Shown: piece by piece, positions 12,005-25,197 of the stretch
How positions within the stretch are numbered: the stretch's first letter is position 1
How the letters are laid out: each line of letters opens with the position of its first letter
Source: Mobula hypostoma
Taxonomy: Eukaryota
Reading direction: 5' to 3'
Assembly (NCBI RefSeq): GCF_963921235.1
Contig: NC_086097.1
Location: 47,494,001 to 47,558,000 of the forward strand
Length of the DNA stretch: 64,000 bases
Position numbers and translations under genes: made by a program
Notes under the pieces: generated by a model
The model's input: the letters and a program-made list of their open reading frames with translations, nothing else
What the model was told of the DNA's origin: nothing
The model's database searches: none

Positions 12005-12555
12005 ATGATCCTCTGGTTGTGTTTGACCAGGGATATTGCATCTTAGCTGTCAAAGTTGATACTCAAGCCAGGAGAGTACATTATGGAGGACAAGCTGTTC
12101 CCTATGCAGCAGGCTCTCCCTCTCCATGCAGCTAATGAGTCTAAAGGAATGGCAGAGACAAATACAGCGTAGTCCAGCAGTGTGGCCAGTCAGCATTGAA
12201 CTCAACATAGGACTGCCTTAGGGATACTCCTTGGGTTACTTTTGAAGCCTTCCCCATGAGTGGGTATTGCCGCAAGCGGAGGTTTGAGATCAGAGATTTC
12301 CATTTAGATGAACTGCTGCCCATGGCTGAAAAGCCCCATCTGCCTAGAACGATTCGTTTTAAGATGCTGGTAACCCACCACTGTGCCACCTTCTATCAAT
12401 AGAAAGGGTTCTGCCAGGCTTACTAGCTAAGCCACTTGCAAAGGCCTAGAGCTGGACTTGATTATCAGAGACTACCTGAGACACATGCCATTATTAATAA
12501 GTAGTGGGATCTCATCCCCACTGTGACCTTCCCCCTCCCTAATCTATGACAAGCA
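12005..12555. repeat. Interspersed repeat, probably RTE-related non-coding region
   Basis: Higher-GC island in an AT-rich intron that resembles RTE-associated sequence by recollection only; no ORF support. Confidence 0.35.
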
Positions 12556-13114
12556 TGAAGTACTATAAAAGGATAAACAATAACAAAATGCAGAGTACTG
12601 TATGTATATCCTTACAGTTACAAAGTACAGTACAGGTAGTCTAGTAAGGTGCAAGGGCCAAGATGCGGCAGATAGATCAGGAGTTCTCTTCAAATGGAAT
12701 TTAAAATGTGTTCTAATCATAAATGTTTGCCAAAGCAGAATACAAGGGATTATATCAAAAAAGTAAATGTTTTTTGGTTAAAAAAATTGCAGCAGGCATA
12801 AATATAAATATTTTGTTTACAATTGTAAGATGTTTGATGTAGGCATTCATAGCAATAATTAGCACCAATTTTCTTTGTTATGATGTGCTCAATGTAGAAT
12901 ACATTTTATAATATTTTTGATTAAAAGAATCAATTGAATGTTGAAATATAAACAAATAATTGCAAAAATGAAAATCAATAATTGTGATAATAACAAACCA
13001 TATAAAACTTCTATCAGTAATGTTAAGAAAGTAATCTTGTAGTATTTCTCATTTAAGTCTCCTTTCATGGAATTCAATATGTTCACACATCAAAAGACAG
13101 ATCAACTGAGTTAA

Positions 13115-13285
<171 letters not shown>

Positions 13286-16200
13286 TAATTATTAATTCTC
13301 TGATTTCGCCTCTGTTCTGAATGTTTTTTTTCCCAATTTGACACTGTATTACATAGATGTGACTGTTATTTTGTAATTGCACACATAGTATTATGGTAAT
13401 TTAATAGTAAAAAAGATATACATTTATACGGTGCTTTTCATTTTCCAAGACCTCCATGTTTCCCAAAGCACTTCTGTTAAATACTTTTCTGTAAAATGCA
13501 TTCAATGCTCCAAGTTAGGATATACAGTCTGGATAGTTATGAGAGCCAGCTTTGCTGTTGATGTTGTTAGATTTGTCTCTGAATGTTAAGTAGTTGAGAG
13601 ACAGTAAAATGATCTGGAAAATTCCCCTTGGATTGTTCCCAGGATATCTCATATTTGTACGGCTTGTTAGTTATGGTAGGTAAATCGCCTTAAAAGTTAG
13701 CAATTATGTGGTGAGTGTCTCTGTCCATGTTAATCAGATAAAGCAAGGTGGAGAGAAGCTTGCTCTTGAGCATGATTAAGGGCGCAAGGAAGAGTCTGTG
13801 AACAGGCATTCAGCTTCTGTAATGTAGACATCAGTTTATCAAGCCACAACGACGATAGCATTTCCCAGTCAGCAGGTTTGATGCTGGGGCTAGTCCTCAG
13901 TAAGCAGAAGGATTCAGAATAGTCTGGCTTTGAGTAAATAAGCAGTAAAATCAAAATCTGTCATGATAGCAATTAGCAATGAATGACTCTACCATGATCG
14001 GAAGGATGGATCCAGTTGTATTGTGAATTCGGGAGTTGGAAGAAAAGGTCCACATTCTGGGGTAAGGACCAGGTCAAACAATGGGTACATAAGCAGGAGT
14101 GGCAGAGAAGTTCAATGTTTGGGCTTGGGTAAGATGGGAACTTGGCAGATTGAAGCTGAGGCCTCTACTGAAGACTAATAGTCATAATCAAGGAGGGGAA
14201 GATCAGAGGGGAAAATGAAATCATGGGGAGAAATGACAGTCAAATAAAGTGAAGAGGAAGAAGGATCTGGAGGAATGTTAGAATTCAAAAGATTTTGGAA
14301 AAAAGGCCAACAGAAGTATTTGTTGCTGTGAGGAATATAATGTTCTGATGGCTATATTTGTTTTTCTGCTTTATTTCTCAAGCTGTAAGAATTTGATACC
14401 ACCAGAATAACAAATATATAATTTTAAAATTTCATAATATTCTTTAATACATTGAATACTGCTTAGATTCCACATGGTATGATCCTTGTCAAATTTTGAA
14501 CTTTTCAAATCAGTGTACTACAACGTTTTTTTAAAATCAAAACTGTCCAAAATTACCAAGAGATATGTTAACATTAAAAATAGTCAGTACTTTCTTTAAA
14601 CATTATTTTCTTTCCTTAATGAATGGAAGAATCTGGTTCGTCATTACAGCCTGGCATTCTCATGCATTGTCCAAAAAGCTTAATATCATAATAATAAAAA
14701 CTATTAACCATTAGAGGTCTCATGACATCTCAGTACTATCCTTGCCTGATACCTGCACATTAACTTCAGAGGTGAAGTTCATGTGACGGGGCTAGGAGTA
14801 AATTCCTTGAATGTGTTCCTTTTGTCAAAAGATACTTAATGATTTACAAAATAATTATTTTACAAGAGTGAAAATGTACCAAGAAGTATTAGATGTCCTT
14901 GAAAGCGATTTCAATTAATGGAACCATTGTTGAACTTCAAAACAAGATCTGCAAGCAAACCGCAAAGGCTCCTGACCTAGTTTTGATGTTATCTTTGGGT
15001 TTATTATCATTGGTTCATCTATGTCACAGTGATTTTTAGAATATTTATACTTCCTGGAAGTGAGCAGGTAGTTTCAATTTGTACATATTGGAGATACTAT
15101 TTGTTAGTTTAAAAAAAAATCTTTGAGCATGAGCAAATTAGAATATGGGCTTTGATTTATTTTACCAAATTCAGAGGAAAAATAAAAACCTTGAAACTGC
15201 CATGTTGACTAGTATTTTTGCACTGTCAGTGCAATAATTTTAAAAACAGCTTTTAATTATCCTCTTTCTTGCTTTGCTTATGTTTTATACTTGGTTATTT
15301 GCAACCTTGACCTTTTGGGTTAACCAACTGTTTCCATTTTCTGCAAAGTTTAATTGCTTTTGTGAATAAGGTTTTTATACTTTAGTTATGTTTTCCTACA
15401 ATAGTACTTCACTCTGTTGTAGAATAACTTAAGTATTCATTTCCCTTGTGATGCATTCAGAAAAGAGCCCTAAGATGAAGTTCCATGAGCACAGCCAGAT
15501 GGGTTAGATACTGTTACTGGAATTGAATAACGCTGCGCTTAGCCTACCTGCTTCTTCCTGTCTTTAAGATAATTCCATACCAGATCCAAAAAAATAATCT
15601 GGTAGCTAATGTATCTATTAATAATTGTTTTATTTCATATTATTTGTTTATGTTCTAAATTTTTTATTTAGAAGGACTTGTACATTTTTATCATCAGGCT
15701 GCCTTACCACATACACCGTTACAAAATAGTTGATAGTACTTTTAAGTTATAGAGTTGGTCTCAAATGAATGGAATGTATTAATTTCACAAATTCAAGTAT
15801 ACTAGTTGGTACATATTTGATAAAGAACTAAAATGAAGAACAAAACTGTAGCAGCAGAAATTTTGATATAATAGCAGAAGAATGTCAGGATATATCTGAA
15901 AAGAGGAGCAATTAACACTTCAGGTTAGGCACCCTTAATGAGTACTGAGAAATAAACTATAGAGAAGTGATAAATGAGACCAAGTAAAATGATAGACTAA
16001 GACCAAGATTGCTATGGGAGAGTTAGATGAAGGCATGAAGTCAATGGGTTAATGGAGCCAGTTAGAAAGAGAGAAAATGAACAACATTTGTGAAATGAGG
16101 GCAGTTAACAGTGAGGATACAAAGGAATAAAAAAAGTTGTAAAATGCAAAGGTTCATTTTATTATCAAAATATGTACGCAGAATACAACTGAGATTTGTC

Positions 16201-16936
16201 TTCTCCGGATAGCAATGAAATACAGAAAAACCATAGAAGTAGTTGAAGGAAAAGACATCAGTTGGCAGATAAAACTATGCTGCTAGAGAAGAACAAGCTA
16301 TATCACAGACAGATGCCCCAGAGCAGAACTGAGCATTTTTGAAATGGAACAAAAGCGAGTAACTTAGAATTTGAGATTAAAGTTTGCCCAGACAGGATTG
16401 AGAGAATTAAAATAGCATGAAACACTGAGCTCAAAGTTGCTTCTTTGAACTGGAAACAAGTGTTCCTCAAAATGTTTGATTCTGCATTTAGTTTCTCCAA
16501 TGTAGAAGTCACCATGATTTGATTATGGGATGCAGTATACCTGGCCCGGGCAGATTGCAGCAGTACAGACTCTGCCTTAATGCTAAAACTTGTGTTGGTA
16601 GCAACACGCACAAAATGCTGGAGGAACTCAGCATAAGCAGTTGACGTTTTGAGTCATGACCCTTCTTCTGCACTGGAAGGGAAGGAGAAAGATGCCAAAA
16701 TAAAAAGGTACGCAGATAGCTAGAAGGTGATAAGTGAAGCCAGGTGGGTAGGAAAGATAAAGGCAGGAGAAGAAGGAATTGCATAGGAGAGGAGAGTGGA
16801 CTAAAGGAGAGAGTGGAGGAGGAGAGGGACCAAGGGGAGGGGAAAGGCAGATAAGAAGAGGTAAGAGGCCTGTGTGGGGAATAGAAGAAGGAGGGAGGAG
16901 GAGGATTTTTTTTTACCAGAAGGAGAAATTGATATA

Positions 16937-18990
16937 CCATAAGACATAGCAGAATTAGGTCATTTGGCCCATTGAGTCTTCTCCACCATAAGATCATGGC
17001 TGATCCCTTTTCTCTCCCTTCTCAGCCCTCACCCCGGCCTTCTCCCCATAGCCTTTGATGTCGTGGCCAATCAAGAACCCATCAATCTCCGCCTTAAATA
17101 CACTCAATGCCCTGGCCTCCACAGTTGCCTGTGGTAACAAATTCTATAAATTCACCATCCTCTGGCTAAAGAAATTTCTCCACATCTATCCTGATGTTGT
17201 ACCCCCTTGTCCTAGACTCCACCACCGTGGGAAGCATCCTTTTTACATCTACTCTGTCTTGGTCTTCCAACTTTCGAAAGGTTTCAGTGAAGTTCCCCTC
17301 CCCCCCCCCACCCCCCATCCTTCCAAATTCCAAGTACAGACCCAGAGCATTCAAACATTCCTCATATGATAATCCCTTCATTCCCGGAATCATCCTTGTG
17401 AACCTCCTCTGATCCATCTCCCATGCTAGCACATCATTTCTTGGATAAGGTTCCCAAACCTGTTCACAATACACAAGGTGAGGCCTCATCAGTGCCTTAT
17501 GAAGCCGCAGCATCACATCCTTGTTCTTGTATTCTATATCTCTTGAACTGAATGGTAACATTGCATTTGCCTTCTTCACCACTGACTTAACCTGCAAATT
17601 AACCTTTAGGATGTTCTGCACAAGGACTCTCCAGTCCCTTTGCATCTTAGATTTTTGGATTTTCTCCCCTTTTAGAAAGTAATCTGCACATTTACTTCTA
17701 CCAAAGTGCATGATCATGCATTTTCCAACATTGTATTTCATTTGCCACTTTCTTGCCCATTCTCCTAATCTGTCTAAGTTCTTCTGCAGCCTTCCTGTTT
17801 CCTCAACACTACCTGCCCCGCCACCAATATTCGTATCATCTGACAACAAAGCCATCATCTAAATCATTGATATACAGCATAAAAAGAAGCGGTCTCAACA
17901 CTGACCCCTGTGGAACATCACCAGTCACTGGCAGCCAACCAGAAAAGGAACATTTTATTTTCACTTGCTGCCTCCTACCAATCAGCCAATGATGCTCTAA
18001 CCATGTTAGTAACTTTCCTGTATTTCCATGGGCTCTTAATTTGGTAGGCAGCCTAATGTGTGCCACCTTGTCAAAGGCCTTCTGAAAGTCTAAATATACA
18101 ACATCCACTGCATCCCCTTTATCTATTCTGCTTGTAATTTCTCAAAGAATTCCAACAGGTTCATCAGGCAAGATTTTCCCTGAAGGAAACCATGCCGACT
18201 TTGTCCTATCTTGTCCTGTGTCACCAAGTACACCAAAACCTCATCCTTAACAATTTCTCCAACATCTTCCCAACCACTGAGGTCAGGCTAAATGGTCTAT
18301 AGTTTTCTTTCTGCTGCCTCCCTCCTTTCTTGAAAAGTGGAGTGACACTTGCAGTTTTTCAGTTCTCTGGAACCATGCCAGAGTCCAATGATTCTTGAAA
18401 GATCATTACTTATGCCTCAACAATCTCTACCACTACCTCTTTCAGAATCCTAGGGTGCATTTCATCTGGTCTGGGTGCCTTATGTACCTTGAGGTCTTTC
18501 AGCTTTTTGAGCATCTTCTCCCTTATAATAGTGACTGCACTCACTTCTCTTCCCTCACACCCTTCAACAGCTGACAGTCACACTGTTAGTGTCTTCCATC
18601 ATGAAAACTGATACAAAATACTCATTTAATTTATCTGTCATTTCCTTGTCCCTGTTATTATTTCTCTGGCCTCGTTGGCAAGCAGTCCTAGGTCCGCCCT
18701 GTTCTGTTTTATTTTTTATATACTTGAAAAAGTTTTTTCTATCCACCTCGATATTGTTTGCTTGCTTGCTTTCATATTTCATCTTTTCCCTCCTAATGTT
18801 TCTTTTAGTTACTTTCTGTAGGTTTTTACAAGCTTCCCAATCCTCTATCTTCCCACTAATTTTTGCTTTGTCGTATGCCCTCTCCTTTGCTTTTACATTA
18901 GCTTTGACTTCCCTTGTCAGCCACGGTTATACTATTTTCCCAATTGAGTATTTCTTTGTTTTTGGAACACATCTATCCTGCACCTTCCTC
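16937..18990 (-). mobile_element. CR1 LINE, 5'-truncated
   Basis: DVVYLDFQKAFDKV, VPQGSVL, DDT.IGG, KCMIMHFG, RPHLVYCEQVW; CR1 3' tail ending in ...TATGTCTTATGGT on the - strand. Confidence 0.9.
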
Positions 18991-19317
18991 ATAATCACAC
19001 CATCAGGTTGGAGGGTACCCAGATAGAATAAACAGTGTTCTCTTCCACCCTGAGGGTGGTTTCATCTTGGCACAAGGACCCTGGACTTGCATGTCAGAAT
19101 GGGAATTGGAATTAAAATGTTTGGCCACCGGGAATTTCTGCTTTTGGCGGATGGAACAGAGGTGCTCTACAAAGGGATCCCCCAATGTGACGGGTCTCAC
19201 CATTGTTGCGGAGGCCATGTCAAGAGCACAGGACATAATAGACGACCCCAGCAGATTTGCAGCTGAAGTGTTACCTCACCTGGAAGGACTGAGGACCTGA
19301 ATGGAGGTGAGGGAGGA

Positions 19318-20918
19318 ATTGAGTATAAGTGCAAAGAAGTCCTTCTGCAGCTGTACACGGCCCTGCTGAGACCACACCTGGAGTACTGTGCAGTTTTGGT
19401 CTCCAAATTTGAGGAAGGACATTCTTGCTATTGAGGGAATGCAGCGTAGGTTCACAAGGTTAATTCCCGGGATGGCGGGACTGTCATATAGAACCATAGA
19501 ACATTACAGCACAGAAACAGGCCTTTTGGCCCTTCTTGGCTGTGCCGAACTATTTTTCTGCCTAGTCCAACTGACCTGCACCTGGACCATATCCCTCCAT
19601 ACACCTCTCATCCATGTACTTGTCCAAGTTTTTCTTAAATGTTAAAAGTGAGCCCGCATTTACAACTTCATCTGGCAGCTCATTCCACACTCCCACCACT
19701 CTCTGTGTGAAGAAGACCCCCTAATGTTCCCTTTAAGCTTTTCCCCCTTCACGTCCTCTGTCCTCTGTTTTTTTCCTACCCTTGCCTCAGTGGAAAAAGC
19801 CTGCTCACATTCACTCTATCTATACCCATCATAATTTTATATACCTCTATCAAATCTCCCTCATTCTTTATGCTCCAGGGAATAAAGTCCTAACCTATTC
19901 AACCTTTCTCTGTAACTCAGTTTCTCAAGTCCCAGCAACATTCTTGTAAACCTTCTCTGCACTCTTTCAACCTTATTAATATCCTTCCTGTAATTTGGTG
20001 ACCAAAACTGTACACAATACTCCAAATTTGGTCTCACCAGTGCCTTATACAACTTCACCATAACATTCCAACTCTTATACTCAATACCTTGATTTATAAA
20101 GGCCAATGTACCAAAAGCTGTCTTTACAACCCTATCTATCTGTGACGCCACTTGTAGGGAATTTTGTATCTGTATTCCCAGATCCCTCTGTTCTACTGCA
20201 CTCCTCAGTGCTCTACCATTTACCTTGTATGTTCTACCTTGGTTTGTCCTTCCAAAGTGCAATACCTCACACTTGTCTGTATTAAAACTCCATCTGCCAT
20301 TTTTCAGCCCATTTTTCCAGCTGGTCCAAATCCCTCTGCAAGCTTTGAAAACCTTCCTCACTGTCCACTACACCTCCAATCTTTGTATCATCAGCAAATT
20401 TGCTGATCCAATTTACCACATTATCATCCAGATCATTGATATAGATGGCAAATAACAGTGGACTCAGCATATGTCGAAAGATTGGAGCGACTAGGCTTGT
20501 ATACTCTGGAATTTAGAAGGCTGAGAGGGGATCTTATTGAAAATATAAGATTATTAAGGGATTGGACAAGCTGGAGGCAGGAAGCATGTTCCCGCTGATG
20601 GGTGAGTCCAGAACCAGAGGCCACAGTTTAAGAATTAAGGGGTAGGCTATTTAGAACGGAGTTGAGGAAAAACTTTTTCACCCAGAGAGTGGTAGATGTG
20701 TGGAATGCTCTGCCCCAGAAGGCTGTGGAGGCCAGGTCTCTGGATGCTTTCAAGAAAGAGATGGATAGAGCTCTTAAAGATAGCGGAATCAAAGGTTATG
20801 GAGATAAGGCAGGAACTGGATACTGATTGTGGATGATCAGCCATGATCATGGTGAATGGCGGTGCTAGCTCAAAGGGTTGAATGGCCTACTCCTGCACCT
20901 AGTGTCTATTGTCTATTG
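19318..20918 (+). mobile_element. CR1 LINE 3' end, interrupted by another CR1
   Basis: [41 protein letters not shown] resumes at 20468 as (Y)VERLERLGLYTLEFRRLRGDL; ends in (GTCTATT)2. Confidence 0.85.
19490..20467 (-). mobile_element. CR1 LINE 3' end (different subfamily) nested in the previous CR1
   Basis: [38 protein letters not shown]; short-repeat tail (plus-strand AGAACCATAGAACAT); CATAT on both sides (19485-19489, 20468-20472) as a likely TSD. Confidence 0.85.
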
Positions 20919-21864
20919 AATGGGCAGGTGTAGCACTTTGGCTATTTGCAGGGATTAGTGCCAGAAGAGAGATTAGTGGGAGGGATGAATAACAAGGGAG
21001 TCACAAAGGGAGTGATCTCTGTGGAAAGTGGAGAGATGGGAGCGGGGGGTGTAAAGATGCGTTTGGTGATAGGATCCCTTTGGAGATGGTGGAAGTTACA
21101 GAGGATGATGCGTTAGATGAAGAGGCTGATGGGGTAGGACACAAAGACAAAAAGAACTCTTTCTCAATCTGCGTGCAGTTTATCCAGTTCTGCTATTCTC
21201 GTCCATCTGTGAGGTTGATTCAGTCTTTCTCTCCCCATTAGCACAATCTGTCCTGCTATGCATCTCATGCAGTTGTTCACTCCTGATTCTTTTGCGATCC
21301 AAAGGTTCTTTGGAAATTAAGAATGATGCATAAAACTTGTTGCTTGTGATACAAGCATTGCAAGAACAAAGGAAACGAAAGGAGAAGCATGGTGAGGCAT
21401 AAGGGGGAGGGGATAAAGAAAGAGCAGAGGAAGAGAGCCTAAGGTAAAGAGGGAAAAAAGAGAAAGAATGAACAAAGGTGGTCTGGTCTTGTACCAGACC
21501 ACAGATTCCATTGAAGTTCCATGGATAACCAATTAAATAGCCAGATTCAAGTAATGTGAACCCGCCATTGAAACCAAGAAATTTCCAGAAAAGTACAGAG
21601 GTAACTTTAACCACTGGAAAATTCACTGAGCAATCACATGTATATAGACATGCAAACAAGCATAAGAATGTTAAAACTACAAGGGAAAAAAAACATATAT
21701 AGCCAAGTTCAACACAGTTCTGCATTTCCCATGTTTTTTTTACATTTTGTTGTGCTCTGACTCTAGCTGTTCTCATTTTGCAGGTTTTGTTTATAGTCAT
21801 ACGTCACAGAAATAGACTTTTGGCCCATTATGTACATGCCAATCAGTAATTCCAATTTCTATCA

Positions 21865-23125
21865 TAAGACATTGGGGTTGAATTAGCCCATTCAGCCCAT
21901 TGAATCTGCTTCACCATTCGATCATGCTTGATGATTTTTCTCTCTCATCCTGTTCCCTTAACCTTTTGACAACCTTATTTATCAATAATCTATCAACCAC
22001 TGCTTTAAATATACCCAAAGACTTCCAATTTGTGCTTTGTAAGGCGTGAAAATGCCCGACGCAGGCCTCTCATGGTCTGAGTCAATGTTCCCTCCCCTCC
22101 CCAAAGACTTAGCATCTACAGCCGCTTGTGGCAATGAATTTCGGTTTCAATACCCTATGGCTAAGGAAACTCCTCTTCATCTCTTTTGCAAATGAATATC
22201 CTTTTATTCTGGTTGTAGACTGTCTTACAACTGGAAGCATGTTCTCCAGGCCCATTCTACTGCCCTTCCAATATTTGGTAGGTTTCAATGAGGCACAGGC
22301 CCAAAGCCATCAAAAGTTTTTCATACATTAACCTTTTCTTCCCCAAGCGCGTTGTTGTAAATCTCTAGATGCTCTGCAACATCAGTGCATCCTTTCTTAT
22401 ATGTGGTCCAACCAGAAAGGCCCCCTTTATTCCAACTCTTTTCCTTCTGCCAGTCAGCTAATCGTTTGTCGATGCTAATACCTCTACTATAATACCAAGG
22501 GGTTAGGAGCCTCATTTTGTGGCACCTTGTCAGGGCCTTCTGAAAATCCAAGTACACAATGCCTCCTGATTCTGCTTTGTCTATCCTGCTTGTTTCTTCC
22601 TCAAAGAATTAGCAATTTTACAGTCCTCTTCACTCTTAATAATTCCTGACTCTAGTAATTCTTGAAAAATCACAACTGATGCCTCCACAGTCTCTTCAGC
22701 TACCTCTTTCAGAACCCTGGGGCATAGTACATCTGGTCTGGGTGACTTATCGACCTGCAGACCTTTCAGCTTCCCAATGAAATTTTCCTTAATAATAGTG
22801 ACTATACTCACTTCTGTTCCTTGACACCCCTGAGTTTCTGGCATGTTTCTGGTATCTTCCACAGTGAAGACTGATGCAAAATACTACTACTCCGGTGTCA
22901 TTTGCTCGCAGTCCATTGTCTACTTTTGTCTCTCATTTATTCTTTGTATATCTGGGGGGGGGGGGGAGGGAAACTTTTGGTAGCCCCTCTCACATTATTA
23001 CCAGCTTGCCTTCGTATTTTATCTTTTCTCCTCATTGCTTTTTTTTTAGTTGCCTTCTGTTGGTTTTTAATGTTTGCAATATTGTATGCTTTTGTGCTAT
23101 CTTTGACTTCCCACCATGGTTCATC
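21865..23125 (-). mobile_element. CR1 LINE fragment with internal deletions
   Basis: VDKSPRPD..PRVLKEVAEE and YLDFQKA motifs, plus a CR1 3' tail. Confidence 0.8.
22025..22099 (+). mobile_element. 75-bp retroposed fragment (RTE-type 3' tail) with an 11-bp TSD
   Basis: Flanked by CCCAAAGACTT (22014-22024, 22100-22110). Its end GCCCGACGCAGGCC..CTGAGTCAATGT resembles the RTE 3' end GCCCAACGCCAGCC..CTGAGTCGACGT near 26852-26885 (-). Confidence 0.6.
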
Positions 23126-25130
23126 TCCTTGCCCCCTTCCCACATTCAGTCCACAATAGAGAGACATATCAAAATAAGATTTAGTATCACTCACAAATGT
23201 CATGGAATTTGATTTTTTTTTTGCGGCAGCAGTACAGTGAAATACGTAATATTACTATGGTGTTGTGCAAAAATCTTGGGTACACTAATGATTAAATAGA
23301 CCAAAAGAAATTACACTGTGTTGGAAATGCATGATTCCTAGTCCAGCTCACACACAATAGGCTGTGTGATTTCTGAGGTAGATATTGGGGAACAAACAGA
23401 TCAAAGAAAAGTCTTAAACCAACTTGGGATGGGAAAATTATGGAAATTTGCAAACCTATTTGCAGCCTATTAAGAATAAGTTCTAAAATATAACTATGAG
23501 CATGTAATACATTCAGCACAATATCACCTATCTTTTTTATATAGTGACATAAGCCTTCTCCAGGTACTTGTCTATTTTGAATATTTGTAGCAAATACTCT
23601 TTCACAACACATTAGTCTTGTTTTAAGGGTTGGTATTTAGCATTGCCTCATCCCTTGCCCTTCATCTAAGCTTCATCTTGTCATCTCTCCTTTTACAATG
23701 GACAAGAGAGAGTTGTTTCTGACATCTTATCTCTGTTCATGCCTGTAGGCCTTTTGCTATCGAGGGAAAGCTTTTAAATCAAATTTCTAAGTTGTGTCCT
23801 CTTGTGTACAGAAGGATGCCTATTAAGTCTTGTTTTCCTATTTGTTTCAAATATTAACTTCTAACTTTAGTGTTGGGGTGTAGGTGATTCACAAGTAATC
23901 TTGCATAAAATGTTGCTGAATGATTATGGCTTTTTTATGTTAACACCATTTTTTAAACTAAACGTTTTGGGTACCTAAGGTATCCAAGAAATTTTTAAAG
24001 GAGGAAGAATTTGGGCTAATGAATACTTTAGACTAGTGGGTGCAGACTTAAAAATGAACCTGGAATACTGTCTAAAATTTTTTGAAAATGAATATAAGTT
24101 GGTCTTCCTAATCATTCATAAATATTACATACACATTTTAACATGCTTGATTTAATTTCTGAATTTAAATTCTTGAGCCCAAAAAATATTGTACAAACTG
24201 AGTTCATCAAATTTCTATAACACATTTGCCGAAAACTTTAATGAAGTATTAATTTTTGATTCACCTTAAGCTTCAAATCCAATGTAGTCTTCCAACTTAA
24301 CTGGCCTGTCTTAGTTGGTTGAGTGTTTTTTTTAAAGTTCTCTTGGATCATTTGTTGCAGTAAGAAGAGCAAAATCATTTTACTGGGATAGAAAGAGGAA
24401 AAATAATAATTATTTTATTTGAAGAACCTTTTCAGTCTTCTAGATCATGGAATATTTAATGATATTTGGCCCTGACTGTATTCCTGTCTCAGGAAAATCT
24501 TGAGGTATTTTGAAGCAAAGAAGTATTGCTAAGGTATGTATACATGTACAAACAAGGCTTGGCAAAAAATATCACATAATTTTGAAGCAGTGTTTTCAAA
24601 AATACTATGTTACTAGGACTGAGGAGGACAATCTGGAATTTTTAAGATGCATTGTGGGTATCAAGAATACTACTAATTTTGAATGTTAGTCTGTTGTGAA
24701 ATATTTGGGTAAAGGTATTCAGCACTTCATTTGAGCTTGATTGCTACAATGGTGCTTGAGCTTTTAATTTTGAAATCTCTGTGGTTGACATTGGCTACAA
24801 AATGTATTTGGGTTATAGTTCCAAGACATTGGCTAAATGATAAGACTAAATTAAAATAGACATCTGTTCTACTACTTAATTTCAAGCAGAAATTTATCAT
24901 AAGATCAAGTCCTCAGTTGTGATACAATGCAAATAGTATATATTTTAAAGATGACTTCTTCCTTTTTGAGAAGAAAAAAACCTTGACTTCAAATTTTACC
25001 AAGATAAACATTTTATTAAGTGAGGATAGAAGAAAATAATATGCTGTAAGATCTGTGTGCTTTCTCTTTGAGCTTTAGTTTGCAGTAATTCTGATTGGTT
25101 TAACCTTGCATGTCACTGTCATGGTTGCAG

Positions 25131-25197
25131 CATGAAACGTGCCAACTCTTTGAATGTACTTAACACAGGGCTCAAGGCTTCTGAAGATTTTTTCCAA
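25131..25197 (+). CDS. KLC1: Kinesin light chain 1 internal exon
   Basis: ttgcag|C...CAA|gtaagc, 67 nt, phase 2 to 0. Completes the Gly codon and encodes MKRANSLNVLNTGLKASEDFFQ (cf. mammalian MKRASSLNVLN). Confidence 0.93.

Larger units (their letters stand above)
16600..21165 (-). mobile_element. Penelope-like element split into three pieces (~16600-16935, ~18995-19317, ~20919-21165) by CR1 insertions
   Basis: The pieces rejoin collinearly: tail and hammerhead remnant, then GIY-YIG (LGDPFVEHLCSIRQKQKFPVAKHFNSNSHSDM), then upstream sequence. Confidence 0.75.

Noticed and set aside
21180..21800. 206-aa ORF on the - strand and a 10-bp hairpin at 21478-21502
   Set aside because: Low-complexity F/L/S-rich translation with no recognisable domain or splice context; a single hairpin is not enough evidence.
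24351..24540. Possible recursive splice site or extra KLC1 exons (TTGCAG|TAAG; CTCAG|GAAA..AAG|GTATGT)
   Set aside because: The first is CAGTAAG rather than AG|GT; the second has a short pyrimidine tract and no homology. Unsupported without RNA data.
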